A stretch of 59,999 bases of DNA, the filler included, from Sphacelaria rigidula (Eukaryota): the NCBI GenBank assembly GCA_964200075.2. It is 5 parts of 5 records of this genome, joined end to end, with 100 filler letters (N's around TTAATTAATTAA, not from the genome) between each part and the next. Parts side by side here need not be neighbours in the genome. Positions count along the whole stretch, not along the records: positions 1 to 11,921 come from CAXNAA020004335.1; positions 12,022 to 23,942 come from CAXNAA020004336.1; 3 more parts are not named here. One strand, written 5' to 3'. The first letter of the stretch is position 1. The number at the start of each line of letters is the position of its first letter. Below are positions 1-12,270 of this stretch, in pieces. Below the pieces are notes generated by a model. It worked only from the letters and a program-made list of their open reading frames with translations, searched no databases and had not been told where the DNA came from. The translations under genes were made by a program, and so were the position numbers.

Positions 1-1879
1 GTGCAAGAGAGATATGCCACTTCAGCCCCATATTTTGTTTGAACCCCAAAATATAAAATCGGCTGTTACTTCGGTTTAACCGCCGCGATCCAAGACCGGA
101 ACGTCACAAACGAAATAAATTGAAATTGGAAGCGCCCTGGGCGCAGGGCAATCTATGTAACCACGAAATACTTTCATGCACATGTATCATTTTTTCACAT
201 TTTTCACCACTTTTGCCGAGTCTTCTCTGGCGGTAAGGCATTTTTTCTCACGCTTTCATTTGCAGTGCACTGAGAAGGCTCAGCGGTACATTACCGCTCA
301 GGTTTGGGCGTCATCTTATACCTGTGACGCGTGTTCTGGCCACCGAAAGTCGCTCAAACTGGTCCTTTTTCGCGGGGTGTCAATCCCGAACCACAAAAGC
401 CTCAAGATCGTGGAAAACTTGAAACAGGAACCCGAACCACAAAAGACAACGTGTTCGTGAGATTGAGAGTAGAGCATACGATTGAGAGTAAAAAGCGGTA
501 AATAAGTGAATCAATCGTTTCAGTCCCGAAATGCCCCTCCGGGAGGCCCGATATGCTTCCTGTCGTAGCTTGCCACCGAGGCCCTTGATATCTCTGAGTA
601 GGACGTGTAGCTGTAAGCACACGCCGGTGATGGAGGCAAAGAAAAGCACACACTGAATGAAAAGTTTGCCAAATTGAAGTGAATATTCACAGCCACTCTC
701 ACATTAGTGATCTACTCTCAATTTCACGAAAACGCTTAAAAGCCTGTTGAAGATCATGCAAAACTTGAAATAGGATTACTTTTGGCGGAGTTTTTTCCTC
801 CGTGTTTCTCTTCGTCGCGTTCTCGTTCATTTGGGAGCACAAACACACCGATTATGCTGTCAATGTCACGAGAACATAAGAGCAAAGCAGTTGAAAACGA
901 TTGAACATTGCCGTGGCCTTAGTCAGCAGCAAACACAAGACCGTGCGATTGGCCATTGGCGAGTTGAACAAGGCACAGCAGCGTGGCAGCACAGGAATAT
1001 CTTGTCCCAAAAAACAATCACACTGTTTTAAAATAAGGCCCGGTGATGTGGAAGCCACAGTGATATACAAGGAGCATGCCAAGAATGTTCCACGTATTCC
1101 AATTTTTCGGGAAGTGCCTCCCGCTGTCATCTCGTTGTGGCACGAGAGCTACTTCGCACTCTGGCACCACGGGTATACCACACATGTCGTACGCCGGCGG
1201 TTCCGCCGTCGGCCTCCGTCCGAATTCCCGTATTTCCGAACGACATCCTGTAACACATCCGATGTTTTGTACAGCCACGATCACTACTTACATTGAGATA
1301 CAGCAGTAGCTCCTCTTGATCATATATTTTCGACTTGCGTCACCCCCGCGAGGCCCGTACCAACGTTCCGAAGGGGAACCTTGTATGTAGATACAATATT
1401 CAATTTTCGTTCAGATTGGCCGGGAAATGCTGTCTAATCTAGCGGGATTCCTCGCTAAAAATAAAAAATAATGGGAACGTTCCAACGTTCTGACAAATCG
1501 CCTGTTTGAATCATCAAATCCACGATTTTCAAGGCCTGATTGCTCGAAAGAGAGAAAAAAAAGTTGACTGCTGGTCAAAGAGGTCTCCTCGGAATTTTTG
1601 CGCCATTCCACGTGCCTGGGGTGAGCGTACCTGGGTTGCAACATTAACACAAAGTCTAACGATTGATTTGTACGATACGAACCGATCAGACTGAAATCAA
1701 GTTATTTCCAGGCAAATCATTAATTCGTCCGATCCTTAGAATTTTCCTTTCGAGGATGAAACGAGCGAGACGGGACGGGAAGGGAGCGTGTTCCCGCTGT
1801 CAAAAAACAAGAACGGTGTGGGAATTCTAGTCCCGTCCCGTACGACTTCCCGTGATAATTTCTCCCCCTGACAAGCGCT

Positions 1880-2600
1880 GGTTTGTACCTCGGGTGATGA
1901 TTGCAAAAGCCAGCCAAGCGCCTCGAATCCATGCTTGAAGTATGTCCATGGCCAAAAATGGATGAAGGTGACAATCCTCAAGCACGCTGCAATTTTCACC
2001 GTCAACCAGTAATATTTTCTCCGCGTCTCGTTGCTGCTGGTTGGCGCAACCATCAAGACTCCGAGCCTCTTGACTGCGGCAGGCAAACCCAGGACAGCAC
2101 AATATTTGAAAGCATTCCGTGCTGCACCGGAAGATTGTGTGTATAACCTGAGTGAACTTATCTCGGGTAACATAGGCGACCAAACATCCAAGAGGTACTG
2201 TATACATCCTGTACTTCTCCTCGGGAGGACACGTATATTCACACAACTGACAATATATGCTGTATAATGCTGTCTACAATACAAGCAGGCACTAGGGTAT
2301 CGTACCGTCATCTCCGAACCAAGAATTTTCACGCGTGGGAGTTCTTCTCCTTGATGTGGTGCTACCCACAAGTGGAAAAAATGAGGCCACCACAATCATT
2401 CTCACATTACTCCGACCCTTCATCAAGAAAATTCTGCCGGAAGCCTACAAACAGCTTTAGTACGGGTCCCCCAAGAGCAAAAAAAAGTCATTAGCCACTT
2501 CAACACTGTTTACACACTGAGCAACCACCGCACTTCGAGGGAAAGTGCTGCGAAAGTAATTCCAATTGTCGATTAAAGCAAATTCTCTGGAATACCAAGT
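1880..2600 (+). mobile_element. Decayed hAT-superfamily (DUF659-like) transposase relic
   Basis: Broken frames give RQPVIF, TAAGKPRTAQYL, TTDNICCIM and PRIFTRG..CGATH in order. This resembles the hAT/DUF659 motif series (P.INF, DTSG..KT.EYL, VTDNA.NM, P.IF...C.AH). Many stops and frameshifts; judged by eye. Confidence 0.4.
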
Positions 2601-2982
2601 TAACATATGTTAAAGTCGAGAATGACAGAAAACACAACACAGTGCAGTGGTGTGTGTGGTGGGCGCTGCGTCCACATTTTCTACATGAACAAGAAACGAT
2701 CACCACTACTGCACTACGGCACCAACCCGTCATGGTGCAGATACTTAAATTACCCAAATTCGAACGTGGGGGCCGACAACCTAGGGACTCAACTCTTGAC
2801 GAATGACAGTACCACTGCCTCCAGCGAACATCGCGCCGGGAGCCCCTTCGGAATCAACAAAAATGATCGTATCACGACCCCTTTCCCGCCCCTCCCCTGC
2901 GTGCTGGTCTTTCGTCTATCGTTCCTCAAACTTGATGATAGCGTCACAATCTGTCACACCGTGTCAGTCACAATCTCCGCCA

Positions 2983-3362
2983 GCCGATCGCCCCGGTGGC
3001 TCTTCGGATGTTCGAACGTTGGTTTGAACCTCGGTGAAGTCACACCATCTGGTATTTGTCCTCACACCATGCTCAACAGTGCAGTAGTGGAGAGCGACCA
3101 TGTCCTGGGCACACAAAATTCGACTCTACTCCACCGTCACGGTCGACGAGGGGAAAGGAAGGGACCGCACTGTTCAGCCTTTCCTCGTCATGAAAAGAAA
3201 GGCAACCACGGCGGAAGGCACAGTACCACAAAACAAAAACACCTAAAACCTGTCTTGACCCTCCTTCCCTGTGACCCGGACTGATGCGCCGATATACTGT
3301 ATACCGAAAGGTGTAGACTGGCGTCCGGAGTGCATGGAACGACAACACAACACAACACACAC
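2983..3362 (+). mobile_element. tRNA-derived SINE copy
   Basis: tRNA-like head (GGTGGCTC...GGTTTGAACC), a body shared with the copies at 7605 and 47250 (TGTGACCC-GG-CTGATGCGCC; ATACCGAAAGGTGTAGACTGGCGTCC) and a CACAA-rich tail. Confidence 0.8.
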
Positions 3363-4452
3363 AATCTGCGCTGCATAACGCTCTATCCCGACCCTGCTCG
3401 GCAGAGCAGTCCTACCGTGAAGGTAAGCATGGCAAAATTAAACATGGAGAGTCAACAAACACGAGATGCAACGGGGCACCCGAGCATGTCCCTCGATGCT
3501 CAAGTACACAATGAAGCAACAAACCAACAATCGCGCCCAAAATTTATCAGACATGGGTAATGGGCGATCACTCGAGACCGGCGGTCCAAGGCTATTTCCA
3601 CGTTTTCACTTGCTGCGTTCCTGCAGCATACTGCACCTGTTTCAATTTATCGCACGAGCAGGTGGGAGCCGCGGCTTTGGACGCCCAACATGAGACGACA
3701 GGAAACGCTGTGCGCTAACAACCCACACACAAAGCACATACTGTACATGGCGAACACGTAGCGGTCGCACACAGTACACACATGAGGAGCCCCTCTTCTC
3801 CCTTTTCCTCCCTTATGAGAGATGTTATCATAACGCCTTAACCACAAACGACTTCTTCCATGTATACGTCAAGGTTTTGGGTTAGTCATAGATAGTCCCC
3901 CACGAGCAAAAACTGGCCAGCAGGAAAAGTGTGGGCCCGTGTCCTCCCTTCACACTCCATGCACATGCACATGCACGTGTCGCTGTCCGAGTGCTAGTCG
4001 CTAGTCGCCGGGATTCAACAGCGCATGAAACAAGAACACCTGTAAAAACAGTAAAGTGGGTAGGTCTGCTCTACCGTGTCGACCACCACCATTATCATCA
4101 TTGATATAATTCGGCTATTAATAGACCTCCGGAAGAAGTCGCTCCCTGAAACAAATATACGCCCCCGCTTCTTTACCGCCTTTACCGCAGCAGGGTGCGA
4201 CAAAATAAGAAAATCCCGTCCGATCCTGCACCACACGTGGCGGCCAAAATGTCCGACGCCGCAGAGGAACCAGTGTTCGAGTGTTTTTTCTCAAGTGTTT
4301 TCTACAAAACCGCTTAAATCCCAAATCAATGCGCAAAAGCGTGTCTAGGATACCCACGCGAAGATGGGCTGCCCTTTGCGAACGTAAGCACGGTGCACGA
4401 TGCACGCGACACTTGAATTAACGAAATAACTGCTGGAGTTGAGCCTACTCCT

Positions 4453-7400
4453 TTACTCCGCAAGTTCGGCAGATCCCCCATCACAATGATCCCCATCACA
4501 ACGAGCCTGGCGGTCCCTCTCCAATTCCTGGATCTGCAAAGCGCGCAGGAAGAACTCGTCTGCCTCAGCGTTTCTGTGAGCGTCCAAAACGCACAGACCT
4601 AATTCATGTAACGTGCTAGCCACCTGAATGAGGGGGGACGTGCAGGCACGATTTAGCCGTCAACAAAATTCACCGCAGGGGAAGGCATAGTAAACGAAAT
4701 TGTATTTGGAAGCAGTCTTTGACGATCCGGCTTTAACCTGCCGCATGTTGCACCGCATGCAGCAAGCCACGATCAACCATCGACTATCGACCATCGGCAC
4801 TCACTCACTACAAGATATGACTATTATACAGGATATCGGTGCTGCTTGCTACTGCCATGAGTACGAATACCGCTCCGCGCCGTGTACGGTGCGCCATCGA
4901 CGAGTTCATTGTCTAGTGTAGTGTAGTAGTGTAGTAATCTAGCAGTGTAGTGACCTGCTCATTGTCACGAAACGCGTGTGTACTCCGACCCTCCACGGAT
5001 ATGTTTTCAACATCGGCAGAACGAAATACAGGCACCACACCACACCACACCACAACCACACCATCCCATCCCGTACCGTACCGTGCACCAAGCGCTTCCA
5101 CCAGTTTACTTCCTCTAGTCACCTGAATGTCACTCTCCCCTAGTTCGCCTTCCTTGATGGACAGCGACCGTCGGAGCAAGTCTTCCGCTTCGCCCGACCT
5201 GCCTGCTGCCCTCACGCAAACTCCCAGCTCGTGTAGCGTTTTCGCCACCCTCACCTGAACAAGCACAAGCACAAGCACAAGCAACGCCAGCGCATAAAAG
5301 GGGGCAAAGCTCGGGAACATCGCTTTCGGAAACGTCGCGGAGCGCACAGTACATGAACGGCCACACTGCACACTGTACACTGCATGAGGGTAACGGCACC
5401 CGAGAACGACAATAAAGAGGCAGGCCTGACCGTACCTCGCTAGGCGCCAAAGCCCTCAAGCGGACCGTACCTAGATGAACAACACTTTGGTGTAACCAAT
5501 AGATGTGGGCAAGAGGTTTGAGACTACGGAATACACGGTATGTATGCACGGCACCTTGTCACTGGAAGGAGGGTGCTCACACACAGCACACAGAGAGTAA
5601 CTACTGAGCTGCAAAACAGGGTCACCGGCGTCGAAGGTTCGCCGATGATAATTATTCCGAAATGACATCCGGTGGTAATAATGGGATGAGGGAATAAAAT
5701 AACTCTTCATATACTGAAATATTGCATGTACTGTATGGCATAGGGACAACAACAAACGAACCGCATTCCGAAACCCAAGCCTAAAGTTTGGTCCAGCACT
5801 CACATCATCCGGCCCTAACTCCGCCTCCTGTATCGCCACCGCTCTGGAGAAGTATTGCTCTGCTTCCTCTGCGCGGTTCATCTGCGTTTTGTTCGATGTG
5901 TTGCGACAGATATAGAGGGGTTAGATTAGCTCGTCTTGGTCGTCATCAACGCGGTACAGTCAGTGGAACGGAAGATGTCAGGGAGATATGAGGGAGATCA
6001 ACAGCACACAAGGATGAAATGAAAAGTACAACGCGGAAAAATGGCAAGTCGAAGCTGCGGCTTTCTCCACTAGAACTGAAGGAGGCCAGGGCACTCCATA
6101 GATTAAACGCTGTTTTCGCTATCTAAAAAAGCTAACAAAACCTTCCTCTCGCCGATTGCTGATTGCCCGTGCTCACAGAGAAACCAACGCCGAACGAATT
6201 CTTGCCCCAAGAAAAAAATAATCTAGGAAAGCCCCATCGCCACAATTGCTGGTTATGGTTGGAGGAATGGCTGTTCGTGAGACAAGAGCCGATCAAAAAT
6301 CTACAGTACTGTGGAGTGCTAAGATGAGAGCCCCATCTATACCCGAGACCAGTCTTTCTAGCCCATACGAGTAACTACATGCAGGGAGCGGGTTCAATAT
6401 GGATTGTACAGCCCACCGCTGCAGTGGCTGTCGCTTTCCTGTAGAACATCTCTATGCGAAACGTCTCGAGAGACTCAGTACTTATCAAGGACTTTCAACT
6501 TCCACCACGGACATCGGCACCCCCCTTCTCACCTCTCGGATACATTTGGCCAGTTCCACCAGAGTATACGCCACCTGCATAAGGACAGACATGACGGATG
6601 AAGCACTGTTAGTAGCTGTGGTGTGGACATATCTTGGCTCCTTTCGGAATATTTTGCAACACAGGTCTCACGTAACATCTACTGTACCAAATCCCCAAAC
6701 GTGTTTTACGCAGGGGCACCAGTAGTGGGGAACAAGACATGGTGTCACATCAAAAATCAAACAGAGAGTACAATATACACACTGCCATAGTGTCATAGTG
6801 TATTTACACATGCGGAAAACTTGGCGTTTGATCGGGTCTTCACACGTGCAGGTACCTGTGGCTTGACTGTTTGATTGTTGTACATTAACTGATGACACGT
6901 TAAGTGACGATGACCCTCGAGGAACCCAGCGGTGATGACAAGACATCAGACATAGGACAGGTGTACTCGAGACTCCTAGTTCTCGTTCTTGTTGTGGTTG
7001 AGGTGAAGCAAACACGAAGACGCAAGAAGGGGGAAGAGAAGGTTTCAACAAGGCGGGACGGGGTAATGTAACTGAAAACCACAAACCAAACGAACCAAAA
7101 GTAAAGTAATGTAACCCTATCTCAAGTAATTTCATGTTATATTTATGAAATGTAATGTCATGCTGGGTATTATTGTGTACTTCATCATTCATCATCATAA
7201 CGGACGGTGTTTTTGTTTCAGGCCGTGTCTTATTGAAAATGATGAAATTGTGGGAACCATCTGGGCGAATGGCAAACAGGCTACGTGTGCCAACCATTTT
7301 ACGTTCCCTCCCACACTCTGTTTCTCATGATAAATCGTTTCAATTTTTGAGCCCGTCACCACCAGGGTACGTCAGGCGGGTCATGTACAAACATACAAAT

Positions 7401-8322
7401 ATCTCAAGTGAAATTGATGCTGAATTCAACAGATGACCTATGCTGGCGATCAAAGGCAAACTATTTTTGTGAGATGTAAGACGTAAAAAATGTGAGGTAA
7501 GGGGAATAATCCGACAAGAATGCGAAAGGGAACGAAAAATGGTTACTTCCAGATTCTAGACTTTTTTCCTTCATGAAGACGGGGCCTTAGATTTTCAACT
7601 GATGTCAGTAAAGGCTCAGTAGGTAACCTCGGAACCTTTTGACGGTTGGGTCGTGGGTTCGAATTTGGGGGGAGTCACACGATCTGAAATCTTCTCTCAC
7701 ATCATGCCCAAAAATCGAGAGCTCGTTGATGCACAACATTCGACTTCATGGTGACGAGGGAAAGAGACTGCTGAACCTCCCTCGCGATGAAAATAAGGCG
7801 AGCACCGCAGAAGGAAGCTGAGGTACTAAACAAACTCCTCTATTGGCATTCCTCTTGTGTGACCCCGGCTGATGCGCCCACATATACCAAAAGGTGTAAA
7901 CTTGCGTCCAGAAATAGATGGGATGGCAATACACAACGCACGCAAAGGGAACGACGTTGAACACTCACCTATTGACCGGCTGAGTGTGGTCATTTACTAT
8001 ATACTATATCTGTTGAATGAACCGGCAACATGCTCACTTGAGAACCGGTATGCCAAACTCTCTCAGGTGTCCATCCGAGGGTTCGAGGGTTCGAAATACC
8101 TGCAACACATGAAAATGATGCTACCCTGTAATAACAACATTGTTAGCGCAGATCATAATAATCGATAATCGAGTACTATGTCAAGGCATGTTAAGGCACC
8201 CCACCCACCTGCAGATCGTCTAACCCAAGTTTCGCTTCTTCGATCGACAGCGCTCTTCGGTACAGCATTTCCGCCTCCTGGGGCATATGCGCCTCTCGCA
8301 AGCAGCACCCCAGCTGGTGTAG
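4453..8322 (-). CDS. TPR-repeat protein (42-aa TPR units, NB-ARC-TPR/kinesin light chain-like), 3' part
   Basis: Exons 8209-8322, 6533-6574, 5804-5881, 5123-5254 and 4453-4623 (stop TAA) are all AG/GT bounded and phase 0. Spliced peptide: LHQLGCCLREAHMPQEAEMLYRRALSIEEAKLGLDDLQ|VAYTLVELAKCIRE|MNRAEEAEQYFSRAVAIQEAELGPDD|VRVAKTLHELGVCVRAAGRSGEAEDLLRRSLSIKEGELGESDIQ|VASTLHELGLCVLDAHRNAEADEFFLRALQIQELERDRQARCDGDHCDGGSAELAE*. 5' exons not found. Confidence 0.88.
7605..7935 (+). mobile_element. tRNA-derived SINE copy in a TPR gene intron
   Basis: A-box-like GGCTCAGTAGGT, B-box-like GGTTCGAATT, and a 3' body matching the other SINE copies. Confidence 0.8.
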
Positions 8323-9839
8323 CTTCAGGACAAAAAATGAACAAGTGATAGAAAAACAAGAGAAGAACACAGCAAAACACACGATCGCAGTGCAACCGTG
8401 GAGACCTCGTCAGTACAGTACAGTACAACGTGCCATGGTAGCCTACTTCTCTAGTATGCCGTGCACGCCGCGGTGGTGTCATGGTCCGACTGTCGCCATT
8501 AGGGTGGAGAGGACGAGGGTACGATTCCCGATGCGTTGGGTTTTTTCTTCAGAGTATCTGATATCCACCGTTGAAAGCTTGAAAACGTGAGTAAGCAAAG
8601 TAGATGACTGAGTTTTGTTTGACGTGAGTTGACGCGGTACGAGAGTGCTGACCCAATCGGCGGGATCAAAATGCAAGGCGTGTACTGGGGAGAGACGGGC
8701 TGATCCTTTCATCTGCTGAGACCTTTGAGACCACGGACTCGTCCCGAGGGAGGGGAGGGGTTCGAAGTGCGACAAATAAAATAAATAATAAATAATAAAA
8801 ACAATGGTGCGACGGGAGGATCACAACTGGCCTACGTCGTACAGTACAAGGGTACATTTGACTTCCGTGCCTCTTCATGGTACGTTAACGTTTGGCATAT
8901 TCGATGCATACAGCATACAAGGGTAATCAATATGCGCAACAAACGGTGCATAATTTGCAGGGGAAGACATGCATCTGTTTATACACGTCTCACATGTATA
9001 TGCTCGGGAACTTCAAGTGCTGAGCGTTCCAGAGCTGCGATCGTGTAGTTCTAGGAAAACACGTCGTGCATGGGAACATGTCTTGTCATGTTCAGTATCC
9101 AGCAGCATCATTCTGAGGAACGACGAGCGATTTGTACAGTTGCCAAGAGAGACATTTCTGTGCAAGTGGGACGCCTTCAAGAGGGTTTGGCTCTAGTATT
9201 GTCAATCGTTCTCACCGTCATAGGGTCAACCTAAAGCCAATAAAAGTCAGTCGAGTACCCTTGAGCCCAACCGTACCCCTAAGCCGTGGTCATTACATAC
9301 AACGTAGACGTACGGTACCCAAGGTAGATGGACAAAAAGGAAACACCCGCAATAGAGGAAGATAGCGAAGGTGGGAAAAACAAGATGAATCAAAAGGACC
9401 AAGTAATCCAAGGAACCCAAGTAACCTCAAAATAAAAAACGAGCACAAGAGAGAAGAGAAAACTGAAGGAACGGAGAAGAATGGTTATAGGGGGGGGGGA
9501 AACGGGATGGGGCAATAACAGGCCGGTCCCTGCAGCATGGCTTCAGGTGGAGGTGAAACAAGCCGTGCGCAAAACCAAAGAAGCACATGCTCCCATACAC
9601 TACTACACTTCTACAGTACCACTCTCATACCACTACAGTACTGCAGTATTAGACAAAACAGGACAAGAAGCCGCGGGGACAGCTTCACGAGACTCAGCCA
9701 TTGGGGACCATACTATTTCGGCATGAGCTCCCACCCATGAGCCCTATGGAGGCAAGGCACCATACTGCTACTGTACTGTATCACACTGGGAAGACAGAAG
9801 CAGCGAGAGAGGGAGGAAGAGAAGAGAGAACGGTAAAAT

Positions 9840-10400
9840 TCGGAAGCGATGAAACTCAAGGACATTGTAGAGGATGTACAAAAGCATAGTCAAGGAACAC
9901 CGCAGAAGCAGGGGTCAAGGGAAAAGTCAACAACCAATGAAAGGAGGCTGGTCGACCCAGAAAAACTGGATAGACCAACCTCCACGATAAACTACGGGCA
10001 TAACGGGCTCTTCCACGCAAGGGGCACGACGGAATTGGTCGTCTACGTTGTAGAGTGTGGAGGTTAAAGACGCACACGATTGTGTGTGTCACTGCGGCGA
10101 AGAAGATGGAACAATGGGCAAATGACATACGAGTACTTGTACTGTATTGGAGCCGAGAGAAGGGCGGAAGAGTTCGTTCGAGGACACGTGGCGACGCCAA
10201 GACTAGCGGGAACAAGAGGCTACTGCGTTGAGAGCGTCGAGGTATTCCGTCGAGAGACGCCAGTCGGAGAGCTGTTATGGCTACCGACGCAGCGACATCA
10301 ACAACATCAACAACATCAACATCTCGCCAGGAATCCAGGACGGGATGGAAATGGACGGCAACATGTCCCGTTGTGTACCCAACCAGGGATGAGTGTGGGA
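9840..10400 (+). mobile_element. Possible decayed Gypsy/chromovirus 3' end (chromodomain relic)
   Basis: Broken frames read VYVVE...RRRRWNNGQMTYEYL...EDTW, resembling a chromodomain. A purine-rich AGGGATGAG followed by TGT at ~10385-10395 could be a PPT/LTR junction. Not verifiable by eye. Confidence 0.3.
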
Positions 10401-11223
10401 AGCTCGGCTAACACGGAAACTCACACACCCCTTTATTTTTGGTCGATTGTTGATTGTTAATTGTTGATCTTGCCATTGGCCTTTGATCTTGTCATGTTCC
10501 CTGATTCTCTACCGCTGTGCTTTTCTACATGCTCTACAGCAGCCCCGTGTTTCATCGCTTACGTAGTTTCCTCAATCTCTGTTTTCTCCCCCTCAATTCA
10601 TATCTTTCCCTCGCCTTTTCTTTCGTTTCAGTGTTTTCTCGGTGACAGTCTGGTACCTTGCTACCTTGCTCCCTTGCTCCCGTAGGACTGGCTCACCAGT
10701 CAAGGCTCATGCCCAAATACTACGGTCTCAAGTATCTGAGCCGCTACCTACTCCCACGACCTCTTCAGTCTGCCTTATGTGTGTATTGGTTGCATGCTAT
10801 TCTTCGTTATTTTCCACACGGTCTTTTTCGAATCAAGTAACCGCAGGAAATGGCCTTTTGTGCTTCATTCCGTTATAATTTCTTCCTGCTAGTCCTTCTC
10901 CGTCCCCTTTTTTTCTCATCTTTTTGCGTGTTTTCGTTTTTTTTCTCACGTTACTTCGATCAGTACTTATATTTATGTGATTTTATATTTTTCCATTTTT
11001 TGTTCAGCGGCAATCAATGCAATCATATACCAGATCGGCGCACGTATATGGTATATGGTAGTGCAGTAGCCGTCCGAGCGGAGAGCTTTCGATTGAATTC
11101 GATTTTTACAGACAGTTTCTTCGGTGACCATGACCCATCGCTCATAACTCATCACGGTGAACGTCCAACACCACAAGTTGGAGATATATAAGTATATATA
11201 TATATATATATATATATACTATA

Positions 11224-11921
11224 CGAGCTGGGCCAGCCTAGAGGCAAATCTGTAGTTTGCAGGCCCATTCGCCGGCCAGTATTAGACTTGAAGCCTAAAG
11301 TTTGGCATGGACCATACGTCCCTATTTCGGTACAGTACCAATTAAGGTACTCTTTTTTTTAATCGTCCAAAACTCCGCGAAATATTGATCGTTTTCTATT
11401 CTGTTTTTTGCTGCGTGTGCACAAGAGCACGACGCTTCTTTTGAGCTACTGCACGTACATTTTGTATCAGAAAACACCATCCCACAGCACTGTGAATAAG
11501 GGCGTGTGTGTCTTTCTTCAAAATCGGCTTTTTGGTCGATCGGTTGCTCAGCATGCAGAGAGTAAAGGTGGACCCAGCACGTGCAACAGAGGCCGTAGAA
11601 ACGGTACGCAGCGGTCGCATGACCTTCCATGCTACTGCAAAGACCTTTGAAATCTTCGTTGGTTCGCTGCAGAAGCGTGTCAGTGGTAGCGTGGGCATAG
11701 CTGGCAGGGTTGGTCCGAGTACTGTACTGTCGAGGTAGGAAAAAAATTCCATCGAAGATATGCTGAAAATTTGCCGCAGCTCGTCAACGGGCCTGAATAG
11801 AGATGGCCTGAAACAGGCGGCTATGGCACTCTGGAGCGACAACCGACCGCTGCCATAGGACCCGACAGTAGGCTCAGGTCGAAAGTGGCTTGGCTTGTTC
11901 CTTCGGAGGCACCCGCGGCTA
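11224..11921 (+). mobile_element. pogo/Fot1-like (Tc1/mariner superfamily) DNA transposon, left end with pseudogenised transposase
   Basis: TA followed by TIR CGAGCTGGGCCAGCCTAGAGGC. The frame from 11553 reads MQRVKVDPARATEAVETVRSGRMTFHATAKTFEIFVGSLQKRVSG..GPSTVLSR*EKNSIEDML...GRKWLGLFLRRHPRL (psq-type HTH plus CENP-B-type HTH), with in-frame TAG at 11736 and 11856. Truncated by the contig end. Confidence 0.8.
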
Positions 11922-12021
11922 NNNNNNNNNNNNNNNNNNNNNNNNNNNNNNNNNNNNNNNNNNNNTTAATTAATTAANNNNNNNNNNNNNNNNNNNNNNN
12001 NNNNNNNNNNNNNNNNNNNNN
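11922..12021. other. Artificial contig linker
   Basis: 100 nt of N with a central TTAATTAATTAA (stops in all frames). Confidence 0.99.
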
Positions 12022-12270
12022 ACTCCATTCTTCATTATAAAGTAGGGGGGGGGGGGGGGGTACTCATTTGATGCTTGCCTCAGTCGTTTGACCATTGACT
12101 ACGCATCCCTTTCGAGACGGAGTAAAGTAGGGGGGGGGGGTACGGTATCCCGCCCAGGGTGTTGGTCGTAGGAGAGATGTGCCAAATTGAGCAAAGAAGC
12201 GAAGAACGAGAAAAATTGCGGGAGTAAACCGCAGCGAAAATAGATGGCAGCAAGGGTTATGTCGTTGCTT

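Noticed and set aside
2607..3284. 225-aa ORF
   Set aside because: It overlaps a SINE copy and has no coding signature.
5123..5254. Link between 42-aa TPR units and the 42-bp arrays
   Set aside because: Numerical coincidence (126 nt versus 42 nt) with no sequence similarity.
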